IMG/VR virus record: IMGVR_UViG_2509276065_000002
Location: 1-64,000 of that record
Strand: one strand, 5' to 3'
DNA: 64,000 bases
Source of the DNA: a virus
Lineage: Duplodnaviria > Caudoviricetes
The notes beneath the pieces are model-generated. The model was not told the origin of the DNA and did not search any database. It saw only the letters and a program-made list of their open reading frames with translations. This document shows, in pieces, positions 1 to 9,671 of the stretch. The position numbers were made by a program, and so were the translations under genes. The stretch's first letter is position 1, and every line of letters begins with the position of its first letter.

Positions 1-522
1 TCAAGGTTGCGGTTTTGCTTCGGTTCCTTCATGGCTTTCCTCCGTTCTTGCTGTTCTCAGCAGCTGGTTGGCTTGCGCCTGGTTCTCGAACTCCAGTTCG
101 TCGAGGCGGCGCCAGGCGATCCGCAGGTCACGCTTGAGCGACTCGCTCTCGGCGCTGTAGCGCAGGTTCTCGCCAGTGAGGTTGCCGACCGTCGCGCGCA
201 GCTCCGCGTTCTCAGTGAGCAGGCGGGTGTTCTCCTCGTGCAGGTGCTTGTTGCGTTCGCCGAGCGCGGCCAGCTCGCCCCGCACGGTGGCGAGCTCACT
301 GCGCACTTCACTGACTTCCTGACCGAGGTTGATGCGCTCCTGGCGTTCCTCACCCAGCTGCTTCTGCAGGGTGGTCAGCAGCCACTGCCCACCGGACTGG
401 CCGAGCTCTTCGGTCTTCTGCCGGCGGTTGTTCCACGCGATGATCAGGTCAGCGAGGAGTTTGATGATCGCGATGATGACCGCGGGTGGTCCAAAAATCT
501 CGAAGGCACGATCGAGGGTCAC
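1..522 (-). CDS. Holin/spanin-like protein: N-terminal TM helix plus long coiled coil
   Basis: GTG start at 522; hydrophobic IFGPPAVIIAIIKLLADLIIAW then heptad repeats; downstream of tail genes; next gene starts at 32 with a GGAGG RBS. Confidence 0.6.
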   Translation of the reverse strand: MTLDRAFEIFGPPAVIIAIIKLLADLIIAWNNRRQKTEELGQSGGQWLLTTLQKQLGEERQERINLGQEVSEVRSELATVRGELAALGERNKHLHEENTRLLTENAELRATVGNLTGENLRYSAESESLKRDLRIAWRRLDELEFENQAQANQLLRTARTEESHEGTEAKPQP

Positions 523-580
523 GGTGCCCCCACGAGCGGAGATGGATTTGTGTGCATGGTGCTCCTTCCGCCGTGGCGGG

Positions 581-610
581 CAATGAAAAACCCCCGCGCT
601 CGGCGGGGGC
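581..610 (-). terminator. Intrinsic terminator after the moron genes
   Basis: CCCCCGC/GCGGGGG stem followed by TTTTTCATTG on the minus strand. Confidence 0.75.
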
Positions 611-628
611 TCATGGGTTGGCAAGGTG

Positions 629-1048
629 CTACTTTTTGGTGTTGTATGGCTGGCCGTTGAGCCAGACTTCCCACTTCTCGGCATCGCCAAGGTCAGTGAA
701 TCGTTGCCGGACCACGACATTCTGATTGTCCTTGGAGAACGACACGAACTGGACGTGGAAGCTCACCCAATCATTGGCGTCCATGCCCTTTACCGTCGAT
801 TTCAGAGCGGTCGTCAGGCCCTTGATCTGCGCATAGATGGAAGGGAACTCCTTATCAAAATCGCCGATTTTGGAGTCAGTGGCCGAGAAGCCATACCCAG
901 GCAGGTACATGAACTGCTCGAAGTCTGTCTTCGCGCCGGCATCGATGGCCGACAGAAGGACTTTCGTGGACTCGGCGGCAAGCTTCGTGTCGGCGGCAGC
1001 AGCAACTGAGGACAGAAGCACTGCGGTGAGAACCATGAGTTTGGTCAT
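629..1048 (-). CDS. Secreted hypothetical protein (moron)
   Basis: Signal peptide MTKLMVLTAVLLSSVAAA; lower GC; own terminator. Confidence 0.75.
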   Translation of the reverse strand: MTKLMVLTAVLLSSVAAAADTKLAAESTKVLLSAIDAGAKTDFEQFMYLPGYGFSATDSKIGDFDKEFPSIYAQIKGLTTALKSTVKGMDANDWVSFHVQFVSFSKDNQNVVVRQRFTDLGDAEKWEVWLNGQPYNTKK

Positions 1049-1078
1049 ACAGCCGTAGCGTAGCGGATCAACAGAGGG

Positions 1079-2002
1079 TCAGTAGTCGAATTCGCCGACC
1101 GTGTTTGCAGGCATCACCCAAAGCAGAGGCTCGAACGCGGCACTCCCTGGAATGATGGCGCCGCTCTGATCGGTCTGGTACTGGCCGCTGTATGTCGCCA
1201 CCCTCAGCTTGAACAGCTGCCCAGCGCGGTCCCGCCCAACCCAACGGGTCACCGGCGCCGAGCCTCGTATGGCTTCGCTTCCCAGCTCGATCACGGCTGG
1301 CGCTGCATTCCAGTCCAGGGCGGTCAGGTCGAGCGGAGCTCCCATTTTCGCTTCGTCGATCGCGAGGACGCCGCCCGGCACATGCAGCCGGTACGAATCG
1401 CCCTGCTGCGCGTGCCCGTCCGGGAAATTCGGACTCTCCAGCCACACGTCGGCCACGTCCTTCGTCGTCACCTCACCGGCGATCCGCACCGCCGAGGCGA
1501 GCGAGGGGTGCTCATCAGGCCGGTCCGTCAGTGTAAACGCCGGGTAGACCTTCAGCGTGGCCGTCTCTACAGGGGCGTCCGGCTCGACGGGTGTGGCCGT
1601 CAAAGTCGCGAGACCAGGAGCCGTCGCCATCACATCCGCAGACGCGTCCCCGGTTGAGTACAGTGACAGCTTGTCGCCAGGCTCAAAAGACACCCTGGCT
1701 TTCACTGCCTTGCCTTCGCTGTCCTGCACTGTCACGACGGCCGAGGCGCCCATCTGGACCGATACCCGAAAATCCCCGTAAGCGGCGCCGAACTCGTCCG
1801 CTGGCACTTCGACCGCTTGCGCGCCGACTGATTGACTGGTCATCCCTCCCCCTTTTACAACCCGGAGGGTCGTGGTGTACTTCGCCGGCTGAGGCGTTGG
1901 ATCGACCACAACCGGACCTGAATCCGTGATGACCGGCGCCGCTGGCCCTGAGCATGCCGCCAAGATCAACGCCAGAACGCCCACCGAAAATGCTTTCCTC
2001 AT
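1079..2002 (-). CDS. Lipoprotein (moron)
   Basis: MRKAFSVGVLALILAAC lipobox; GGAGG RBS before ATG 2002. Confidence 0.8.
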   Translation of the reverse strand: MRKAFSVGVLALILAACSGPAAPVITDSGPVVVDPTPQPAKYTTTLRVVKGGGMTSQSVGAQAVEVPADEFGAAYGDFRVSVQMGASAVVTVQDSEGKAVKARVSFEPGDKLSLYSTGDASADVMATAPGLATLTATPVEPDAPVETATLKVYPAFTLTDRPDEHPSLASAVRIAGEVTTKDVADVWLESPNFPDGHAQQGDSYRLHVPGGVLAIDEAKMGAPLDLTALDWNAAPAVIELGSEAIRGSAPVTRWVGRDRAGQLFKLRVATYSGQYQTDQSGAIIPGSAAFEPLLWVMPANTVGEFDY

Positions 2003-2053
2003 CCTGCCTCCAGGGTTCCCTACGCACCCCACTGTAATTCGTTCCAGACTGCC

Positions 2054-2797
2054 TCAAGGCAGCAGGATCGGATCGAAAATGACTTCTGTCGCCACGGTGA
2101 ACGTCGCGCCGTAATTGTTCGTGATCCACACCGCAGGCCCGTTGGTCGAGTCCGTCTTTCTCCACTGGGCCCCGGTCAGTTGCGTGCCGTCTGCCGTGGA
2201 CAGCGTAAGGTTCGCCGCAGGCAGCGTGCCCCACGAGTACCAGCGGGTGGTCGCTTCAATCACTCCCGTGAACGTGAAGCGAATCGCGACGGGCTCGGCG
2301 GCAACGAACGTGGAGGGTTGCGTGCTCGCCAGTGGCCCGACGAGCCCGATGGCCGCTCCACCACCACTTCCGCCGACGGACTGACCGGGAGTGTTGACCT
2401 TCAACCGTCCGGGTGCCACCTCAGCCCAAGGCAGCCACGTACCGGACGACGGGTTGAGCGAACGGTAGAACACCCGGGGTTGCCGGCCGGCCGTGGTGAT
2501 CGTCACCGTGAACTGCTGCCAGGCGTTCGTCAGGCTCGCGTTCGTGTTGAAGGCGGCGTACGTCAGCAGCATGCCCGGCAGGGTGCCACCCGCCGGCATG
2601 CCGGCGTCGTTGCCCGCTGTCGAGTACATCATCATCGAGTACCCGGGTGGGATCTTCGTGGCACTCGTGGCCGTGTGGCTCGACAGCACCTCACCTGGCA
2701 GGAGTTCGCACACCACGTTCTCCTTGATCAGGTTCAGCACGCGGGCCGTGACGGCCTGCCCGCCACTGAAGTCGGGGACCAGCTTATTTCTCGGCAT
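2054..2797 (-). CDS. Tail fibre / receptor-binding protein
   Basis: Last gene of the tail module; Gly/Thr-rich; WQQF...FYRS...GTWLPWAEV tail-fibre-type motif. Confidence 0.65.
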   Translation of the reverse strand: MPRNKLVPDFSGGQAVTARVLNLIKENVVCELLPGEVLSSHTATSATKIPPGYSMMMYSTAGNDAGMPAGGTLPGMLLTYAAFNTNASLTNAWQQFTVTITTAGRQPRVFYRSLNPSSGTWLPWAEVAPGRLKVNTPGQSVGGSGGGAAIGLVGPLASTQPSTFVAAEPVAIRFTFTGVIEATTRWYSWGTLPAANLTLSTADGTQLTGAQWRKTDSTNGPAVWITNNYGATFTVATEVIFDPILLP

Positions 2798-2807
2798 TCA
2801 CTCCCCC

Positions 2808-3275
2808 TTACCCGGCCGTGAGGTTGATGACCCACTCAACCGTGCACGCCAGCAGATTGGTCTTTTGAAAAGCGGCGACGTTCGCGGTCGCCAGCGTCGT
2901 GAAGGCGCCGGCCTGCCCGAGGTACAGACGCGCTCCGTTGATCGTCACGGGCTGCAGCGCGGGCTGCAGCGTCGAAATGTAGAGGATGTTCGTCACGCTG
3001 CCACCGACCGTGAACTGATCGGTCAGGTCCGCGCGGAACACCTCATTCGCGCCGCTGTGCACCCCGAGCTGGGTGATACCGTACTTCAAACCGCCGTTCA
3101 GCGGATCTGCCAGCAGCATCTGCGCGATGTACACCAGACCCAGACGCTCGATGGCGTTGTGATCGTCGTGCACCACGCGCGCCTGCTGGTAGGTGTCTCG
3201 GCTGTACGCGTACGCGGGGGGGTGTTCGAACACCCGCACGTGACCGGTCAGACCGAACGTAGCGTTCAGTTTCAT
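2808..3275 (-). CDS. Minor tail (baseplate-like) protein
   Basis: Position in the tail-tip cluster; RBS GGAGA; C-terminal KTN...TVEW.I motif. Confidence 0.6.
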   Translation of the reverse strand: MKLNATFGLTGHVRVFEHPPAYAYSRDTYQQARVVHDDHNAIERLGLVYIAQMLLADPLNGGLKYGITQLGVHSGANEVFRADLTDQFTVGGSVTNILYISTLQPALQPVTINGARLYLGQAGAFTTLATANVAAFQKTNLLACTVEWVINLTAG

Positions 3276-3691
3276 GTCTCTCCTTCCAGCCACGCCTCGG
3301 AGGCGCGCGTGAATGCACTCGTGAACAGGCGCGCGCTGCCTCCGATCAACTCGAAGGTCAGCTCGTCCTGCAGGAACGCCAGAACTTCACCGAGCTCCTC
3401 GTACAGCGCTTCGGAGGCCCGGGTGAATTCGCTGAGGTACGCGGTATCGCGCTCGTCGAAGTCCAGTGAAGTCAGGCCGGTGAAGGTCGCGTCGGCCGCC
3501 CCGAGCACCTGCGAGCGGCCGACCTGCATGTAGCCCAACCGGCAGCGTGCCGCGCCGAGGGTGGCGGTCACGCTGTCGGTCATCAGCACGGTGTCCGAGA
3601 ACAGCACCAAGCTCTCGACCGTCTCGTTGCCACCCCTGAGGGTTTTGGGACGCAGCAGGTCCGCCAGGGTGCGCTCCAGCTCGCGGGCCAT
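3272..3691 (-). CDS. Minor tail protein with C-terminal double FTRAS module
   Basis: Coupled to both neighbours; C-terminal 48 aa align without gaps to the 16895-17149 product. Confidence 0.65.
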   Translation of the reverse strand: MARELERTLADLLRPKTLRGGNETVESLVLFSDTVLMTDSVTATLGAARCRLGYMQVGRSQVLGAADATFTGLTSLDFDERDTAYLSEFTRASEALYEELGEVLAFLQDELTFELIGGSARLFTSAFTRASEAWLEGET

Positions 3692-4974
3692 CAGCCGACC
3701 ACCTTGCTGCCCGTCACGAACCACTCGCGCAGGTAGACGCTCGCGCCTTGCATCAAGGTGGTGCTGTGCGTGAAGCCTCTGAGGCGCAGCTCGACGTTCT
3801 GCAGTAGAAACGTCGAGCTGACCCCCAGGCGGGGTACGTTCACACGCTGACGCAGACCGCTCGTGAGGCCCGGGCGGGTGGTTTTGTACTGGATGGTCAT
3901 GGCGGGCGCCGCGAAGTACACCAGCTGCGCCTTGGCCACGGCGTTCGCTACCGGCCTCGAGGTGATCTGCTCATCGGTGACGGTGTGCTCCCACTCGCCG
4001 AACCGCGCAATGCTCGCTTCATCGCGCGCGCGCGTGATGATCTGCGTGAAGTACCGGTAGACCAGGCTCACCGTCGCGCCGGCCGCCGGGGTGGGCGTGC
4101 CCGCCTTCGCGGCGAGCACCACGCGGTTCTTGTAGTTCACCAGCCAGTCGACGGTGCCCACGTCGGCGACGCCTTCCTCACCCACGAGCTGGCCGACACC
4201 GTTGATCTTCATGATGAATGACCCTTCGGTGACTTCTCCGAGCGTCAGGGCGAACGAGCGTTGCACACCGTCTGCTTTGACGTCCTGAGTCACGAGGTCA
4301 CTGTCCATCCGCGCACCCTTCACCGTGACGACATTCCGCACCTGCAGCACGTCCTCGGTGTAGAGCAGGTCGCTGTAGGGCGCGCTGGCCGCGAAGGGCG
4401 TGCTGGCCTCCTCGGTCAGCGCCCACGCTTCCGGCGCTTCCCCAGGTGCCCGGAAGACCACATCCCGGCTTGTCGACGTGCTGGAGACGAACCAGTCGAA
4501 CCCGGCGAGGCGCGCGATGTCCTCGATGGCGTCAGCGGCATTGCGGTAGTTGATGGCGTACTTCTTCATGACCGGCCCGTCCTGCACGCCATTCGTCGTG
4601 AAGCCGTTGCCGACCTGCGCCACGATGTCGCGCACGATTGCGCCCGCAGTGACGTTCTCGTACGTCGCCGCGATCTGCTTGCGGGTCAGGAGCGTCTGGT
4701 TGTCATGCGCGGTGACGGGCACGATCACCTCGCCGGTGTTCCCGACATTCTGCCGGGGGGCCTGAACGATCACGCCGGCGAAGATGACCTCGGTGTCCTC
4801 CCGGAACACCACCGTCTGAGGTGGTGAAGGAATCAAGGGGAGCTGCGACGCCGCCAGGCGCATCGTGAAGTTGAAGGTGTCGACCTGGCTGGTGAGGTTG
4901 TACGCCACCACGACCGACGCCCATTCCACCTGCGCAGCGCGATCGACGCCGTTGATCTCAATAAAGAGCGCCAC
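3691..4974 (-). CDS. Tail-tip hub protein
   Basis: Directly after the tape measure gene; AGAIVRDIV...AADAIEDIARLAGFDWFV and SIARFG motifs. Confidence 0.75.
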   Translation of the reverse strand: MALFIEINGVDRAAQVEWASVVVAYNLTSQVDTFNFTMRLAASQLPLIPSPPQTVVFREDTEVIFAGVIVQAPRQNVGNTGEVIVPVTAHDNQTLLTRKQIAATYENVTAGAIVRDIVAQVGNGFTTNGVQDGPVMKKYAINYRNAADAIEDIARLAGFDWFVSSTSTSRDVVFRAPGEAPEAWALTEEASTPFAASAPYSDLLYTEDVLQVRNVVTVKGARMDSDLVTQDVKADGVQRSFALTLGEVTEGSFIMKINGVGQLVGEEGVADVGTVDWLVNYKNRVVLAAKAGTPTPAAGATVSLVYRYFTQIITRARDEASIARFGEWEHTVTDEQITSRPVANAVAKAQLVYFAAPAMTIQYKTTRPGLTSGLRQRVNVPRLGVSSTFLLQNVELRLRGFTHSTTLMQGASVYLREWFVTGSKVVG

Positions 4975-4977
4975 AGT

Positions 4978-7944
4978 TCACCTCAGGGCCGGCAGGTCGG
5001 CCCGCACGAGTTCACGCGTGCCTTGATAGATGCGCTGACCGACCTGCTGCGCGATGGTGCGGCCGTCCAGAATGACTTGCACGATGACCGACTCGCCACC
5101 TCCGCCGAGGCTCACCTCACCGTCGCGCAGGCCTTGCGCGAAGTTTTTGGGGATGATCATTTCGCCATCGTGAATCTGCGCCAGCTGGTCGCCTTTCACG
5201 TAGGTGGTTCCGACGTCGAAGCTGTTCACCAGCATCTTGGCGCCCTCGAACGCCAGGAAGGCCGCTCCGGCCGCAGCGACCATGCCCGGGATGGCCAGCA
5301 GGCTCGCCCCGAACGTCGCGGGAGCCTGCATGATCGCCACGGCGATCCCGGCCACCTGCTGCGCGATGATCTGCGCCTCGAGGCCGGTGAGCATCTGCAG
5401 CAGGAACTCCTTGAACGCCCCACCGAAATTCGAGAAGCCCTCTTGCGCCTGACCCCCGAGGAACTCGGCGAACTGCCCGGCGACCTGCATGCCCACGGCA
5501 GCCCAGCCAGTCATGCCTTGCGACCACTCGGTGAACTTGCCTTTCAGGAACGAACCGAATTTCGTCCAGCCTCCCTCGGTTGAAGTGAACGCCGCGAGGG
5601 CCGCTTCAGCGAAGTCCTGCACCTGCTTCAGGATCGGCCCGGCGCCTTCGCCGACCGCGGCTTTCACGGCCACCATTCCGAGCGTCATGATCGCGCCCCA
5701 GCGGCTTTTGTTCCCGTCGTGCTGGGTGGACCGGAAGGCGGTCAGGACGTCCATCCCGGCTTTCATGACACTGGAGAGCGTGCTGTCCTTCTCGCTCTCG
5801 ATGCCCCGCGTCAGACCTTCCATCAGCCAGCCGCCCATCTCGGCCGTCGCGCGAGACGGCGACTTCATCTTGAAGGTGTCCTTGAACCACGTCAGGACGT
5901 CCCCGCCGATGCCGACGACTTTCTTGCGGGTGTCTTCGTACTTCGCACTCAGGCCCATCATCAAGCCACCCAGCAGGTCGCTCCCGACGGTCTTCATGCG
6001 CGTCACCCACAAGTCGAAGCCTGCCTGCAGGTCACTCCAGCGGTTCGTCGCCCATGGCACGATGCCCTTGGTGCCGGTGATCGCCTCACTCCAGCTGGCT
6101 TTGGTCAGTTCCCACCACGCGGCGCCGGCATCCTTGATCTTCGACCCGAAAATCTTGCCGTCGATCCACAGGTTGCTGAGGGTCGTGACGGTGTCCGTGC
6201 TCCAACTGGTGACGAACTCCTTGACCGACTCGAGGGCCGGGAAGAGTTTGCGCATCAGCAGGTCGCTGCCTGCCTGGCCGACCTTGCCCGCGAGGACCTT
6301 GCCGTCCGTCCAGAGGTTCGCGAGGCTGGTGCCGACGTCGCGCGCCCAACTGGTCAGGAACTCGTTGGCGCCTTCGACCGTGGGCAGCAGTTTGGTGAGC
6401 AGGAAGTCGACTGAAGCGGCTTTGAGTTTGCCGCTGAAGATTTTGCCGTCCACCCAGAGGTTGCTGAGGGTCGTGGCGACGGTGTCACCCCAGCCCTGCA
6501 GGAACGTGCCGGCTTCGTTGAGCGAGGGCAGCAGCTTCTCCCACAGACCTTTGACCATCTTCTCGTTCTTGTCGAGCAGCGCGGTCAGGCTGTACTTGCT
6601 GAAAAAGCCCTTGATGGCCGGGGTGGCGACGTCATTCCACCACCAGATGATCGCCTCGTTCACCTCGTCCCGGTCCGCGCCGATCAAGGTGGACACCAGG
6701 CCATTCTTCATGTCCAGCAGGCCCTTGCCGACCTTGCTCCAGTCGGTCTGCGTGAAGCCGACCAGCGCGTCCATGATGCCCGTCGCGGCCTTCTTGACGC
6801 CTTCCCACTGGTTGCTTTTGCTGATGTCGGCCAGGAACTTGTTCCAGCTCTTGGTGATGTCTCCCTCGACGGACGCGCGGGTGACGTCCGCTGCACTTTT
6901 GACGCTGCCTTCGTACCCTTGCAGGGCCTGCTTGATGCGTTGAATCGCGTCGCCCGTGTAGCCCGCCGCGGCCTGCATGATCGGGCCGACCTCTTCACCG
7001 AACAGCACGCCCAGGGCCTGCTGTTCTTCTGCGGTGATTTTGTTGTCCGCCATGGCATTTTTCAGGCTGAGCATCATCAGCTCACCCGTGAGGATCGCGT
7101 CATTCTGCACGGTCTCCCGGTTGATGCCGAGGATCCCGAACATGTCGAGCAGCCCTTCGTCCGGATCCTCGCCTTTTTTGAAGGCGTTGCGGATGTCCCC
7201 CACGGCCTGGGAGAAGGTAATCAGGGCGTCCTTGGCCACCTCGGCATCACCGGCGTAGTAAGCGATCTGCCCCAGGAACGAGAGGCCATCGTCGAAGTCC
7301 TGGAAGGCGGTTTTCAGCAGGGGTGCGGCCTCGGCCATGGCGGCCGCCAGGCCTCCCGGGTCCACACCGATGGCGCGCGCGACCGCGTAGATTTTGTCGC
7401 CTGATTCACGCAGGGCCTCCAGCGTGTCCCGGTCCTTGAAGTACACCAGGATCAACCGGCGGAAATTCTTGCCGGCCTCCTCGATCGCCTGGCCCGTCGC
7501 GGCTTTCCAGTCGATCAGGTAGGTGGCGATGCCTTCTTTGTTTTTGGGGTTGAAGATCAAAAAGTCCGTGGCAACCGACTTCAAAGCCGCGCTGACGTCG
7601 GACATGCTGGCGCCCGTCGCGGCCGCCAGGTCCTTGAGCTGCCCGGCAATTTCAGGCAGTGAATCTTTCGTGGCGCCACTGATCCCACCGAGCTCCGCGG
7701 CGGCCTGCTGCACCTCGCGCTCCAGCGCGATGAGTTGCGCTCCGACCAGCAGCGCCGCGCCACCCAGGCCGAACAGGGCTGCGCGGGCGATGTTCGCCCC
7801 GGCCGCCAGGGCGCCCTGCATGCTCCGCCCGGCATTGTTCACCTGCTTCTCGCTCTTCTGCGCGTTGTTCCCTGCTTGCTGCATGACCTTGGACGCTTCG
7901 TCCCGGGCCCGCATGATGATTTCGATGATGCTCTCTGCAGCCAT
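4978..7944 (-). CDS. Tail tape measure protein
   Basis: 988 aa, Ala/Gly/Trp-periodic helical; MKSPSR and FDVGT..V..DQLAQIHDGEMIIP motifs. Confidence 0.92.
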   Translation of the reverse strand: MAAESIIEIIMRARDEASKVMQQAGNNAQKSEKQVNNAGRSMQGALAAGANIARAALFGLGGAALLVGAQLIALEREVQQAAAELGGISGATKDSLPEIAGQLKDLAAATGASMSDVSAALKSVATDFLIFNPKNKEGIATYLIDWKAATGQAIEEAGKNFRRLILVYFKDRDTLEALRESGDKIYAVARAIGVDPGGLAAAMAEAAPLLKTAFQDFDDGLSFLGQIAYYAGDAEVAKDALITFSQAVGDIRNAFKKGEDPDEGLLDMFGILGINRETVQNDAILTGELMMLSLKNAMADNKITAEEQQALGVLFGEEVGPIMQAAAGYTGDAIQRIKQALQGYEGSVKSAADVTRASVEGDITKSWNKFLADISKSNQWEGVKKAATGIMDALVGFTQTDWSKVGKGLLDMKNGLVSTLIGADRDEVNEAIIWWWNDVATPAIKGFFSKYSLTALLDKNEKMVKGLWEKLLPSLNEAGTFLQGWGDTVATTLSNLWVDGKIFSGKLKAASVDFLLTKLLPTVEGANEFLTSWARDVGTSLANLWTDGKVLAGKVGQAGSDLLMRKLFPALESVKEFVTSWSTDTVTTLSNLWIDGKIFGSKIKDAGAAWWELTKASWSEAITGTKGIVPWATNRWSDLQAGFDLWVTRMKTVGSDLLGGLMMGLSAKYEDTRKKVVGIGGDVLTWFKDTFKMKSPSRATAEMGGWLMEGLTRGIESEKDSTLSSVMKAGMDVLTAFRSTQHDGNKSRWGAIMTLGMVAVKAAVGEGAGPILKQVQDFAEAALAAFTSTEGGWTKFGSFLKGKFTEWSQGMTGWAAVGMQVAGQFAEFLGGQAQEGFSNFGGAFKEFLLQMLTGLEAQIIAQQVAGIAVAIMQAPATFGASLLAIPGMVAAAGAAFLAFEGAKMLVNSFDVGTTYVKGDQLAQIHDGEMIIPKNFAQGLRDGEVSLGGGGESVIVQVILDGRTIAQQVGQRIYQGTRELVRADLPALR
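6120..6545 (-). repeat. Three ~48-aa repeats within the tape measure protein
   Basis: TLSNLWVDGKIF / SLANLWTDGKVL / TLSNLWIDGKIF. Confidence 0.8.
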
Positions 7945-7953
7945 GGGGTCTCC

Positions 7954-8212
7954 TCAAAGGTCCGGCAGGTTGTCACCCGTGCCGCGTTTGCCACGCACAC
8001 GGGAGCGGTTCAGCGCCGCGCGTGCATTCGGGTTGTTCGCAGTGCGCGCCTCCGCTTCGTGCTTCCAGAAGCGCGTCAGCACGGCGTAATCGAAGCCGAC
8101 GTGCCAGCCGGTGCGTTCGGTCAGCGCGGCCTGGCCGAACAGCACCACGGTCGGCAGGGTGCCGCAGGCGGTCGCCATGCGGCCGATGACCAGCGCCAGG
8201 TCACTGGTCAGG
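7954..8212 (-). CDS. Tail assembly chaperone T-part (probably reached by frameshift)
   Basis: Between chaperone G and the tape measure gene; no obvious RBS; overlaps the end of G in the +1 frame. Confidence 0.6.
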
Positions 8213-8659
8213 AAATCGCGCGGTGTCTGCCGCCTCCACGGCAGGCTGGCCAATCTTCTTGATTTCCACTTCGAGCTCTTTGGCGAGCTCCAGCGGAATC
8301 AGGTCGACGTTGATCTCACCGTCCTGCAGCTGGTGTGCGGGCTTGCTGACAAAAGTGAAATACACCGATTCCCCGGTAGGCAGCACTTCGCCGATCAAGC
8401 CGGCCTTGAGGGTGGCGGGGCGCATGTTCATGCCCATCTCCACGATCTTCGCGGCCTGCTCCGGGTTGCTCGCGAGCAGCTGCTCCATGTAGACCTTCTC
8501 GTCGACGCCCGCGGGCGCTTCGCTGCGCAGCAGGTCCGGCAGGGCGCCCTGCGCGACGATCAGCGTCGTGCTGTTGACCATCTGCAGGATGTACATCGCG
8601 CCATCGGAGGCCTGGAAGATTTTGGTGGCGGTCGCTTGGATTCGTTTGGTTAAGCTCAT
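8201..8659 (-). CDS. Tail assembly chaperone G
   Basis: Between tail tube and tape measure genes; GGGAG RBS; ends CGA TTT CCT GAC CAG TGA. Confidence 0.75.
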   Translation of the reverse strand: MSLTKRIQATATKIFQASDGAMYILQMVNSTTLIVAQGALPDLLRSEAPAGVDEKVYMEQLLASNPEQAAKIVEMGMNMRPATLKAGLIGEVLPTGESVYFTFVSKPAHQLQDGEINVDLIPLELAKELEVEIKKIGQPAVEAADTARFPDQ

Positions 8660-8720
8660 GGCTCCCTCGGGAAGACAGGGCAGCCGAAGCTGCCCTGCTG
8701 GTGTTCAGAGTGGTGGGCGT

Positions 8721-9671
8721 TCAGTTGAAGCTGGCGACGGAGTTGACCAGCTGAGCCTGGAAGGCACGGGAAGTACCCGTGTCGTACTGCGCTTCGCCGC
8801 TGTAGCTCAGCGTGATGCGCCCGTCCCCTCCGATGGCAACGCCGGCATCCGTGATCAGCGCTTTGGGGACGCTGAAGGTCAGGGTGTGCGCGCCTTGCGT
8901 GTGCACGATCGACCAGGCTTCCTGCGTGAAGTTCTTGAACGCGGTGTAAAGCGCCAGGGACTGGAAGTCCGCCGCACCGCCGATGGTGATGGTGCGCGCG
9001 CCGCTGAACGCCACGCGGCTGATGGTGTTGCCCGTGCCGATGAGCTTCACGCCCTCGAGGCTGTTGGTGATGCTGAGGTTGTAGTCCTGAATCGTCGCGT
9101 CCGAGCCGCCACCGCGTGACAGGGCGCAGTTGGTGTTGAAGGGCGTCGATGTCGGTAGGGTTACGGTGGGCGCGGCGACACTCGCGGCGTCCTTACCGAT
9201 CCACTGACTGTCGAACATCAGCAGTCCGTTCGCGGCGTACTTGAAGCTCAAGCTCTGGCAGACCATGCCGCTGTACTGCACGACCTGCCCGGCGAGGCTC
9301 GACGCGCTCGGCCGCACCACCGTGAAGGTGTACGAAGGCAAGGCGGACAGGGCACTCCACGCGCTCTGTGTGGGGTTGAAGGTGTGCGTGTACGGGCCGA
9401 CACCCGTGACGGTCGGGATGCCCAGCACGGCGCGCAGCAGGTGGCCGATCTGGTCGGGCAGCACCACGCCGGACAGCGAACCGCTGACCATCAGGGTGCC
9501 GGCGTACTTGGGACTCTGATCGAGGATCCCGCGGATCTGCAGTTCAGAGAGCGCTTCGGGGCCGTCCTTGAAGCCTTCGGACGCGAAGGGAATGAAGATG
9601 GTAGGAGCGACGGCCGTGCCCCAGGTGACTTCCCGGGCCAGGCCGACGGAACCGAGGGCGCCGACGTTCAT
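8721..9671 (-). CDS. Major tail tube protein
   Basis: GLAREVTWGTAV start, YTHTF, SYTF motifs; position. Confidence 0.88.
   Translation of the reverse strand: MNVGALGSVGLAREVTWGTAVAPTIFIPFASEGFKDGPEALSELQIRGILDQSPKYAGTLMVSGSLSGVVLPDQIGHLLRAVLGIPTVTGVGPYTHTFNPTQSAWSALSALPSYTFTVVRPSASSLAGQVVQYSGMVCQSLSFKYAANGLLMFDSQWIGKDAASVAAPTVTLPTSTPFNTNCALSRGGGSDATIQDYNLSITNSLEGVKLIGTGNTISRVAFSGARTITIGGAADFQSLALYTAFKNFTQEAWSIVHTQGAHTLTFSVPKALITDAGVAIGGDGRITLSYSGEAQYDTGTSRAFQAQLVNSVASFN

Noticed and set aside
6120-6545. Tape measure repeats as a novel element
   Set aside because: Internal repeats are normal for tape measure proteins
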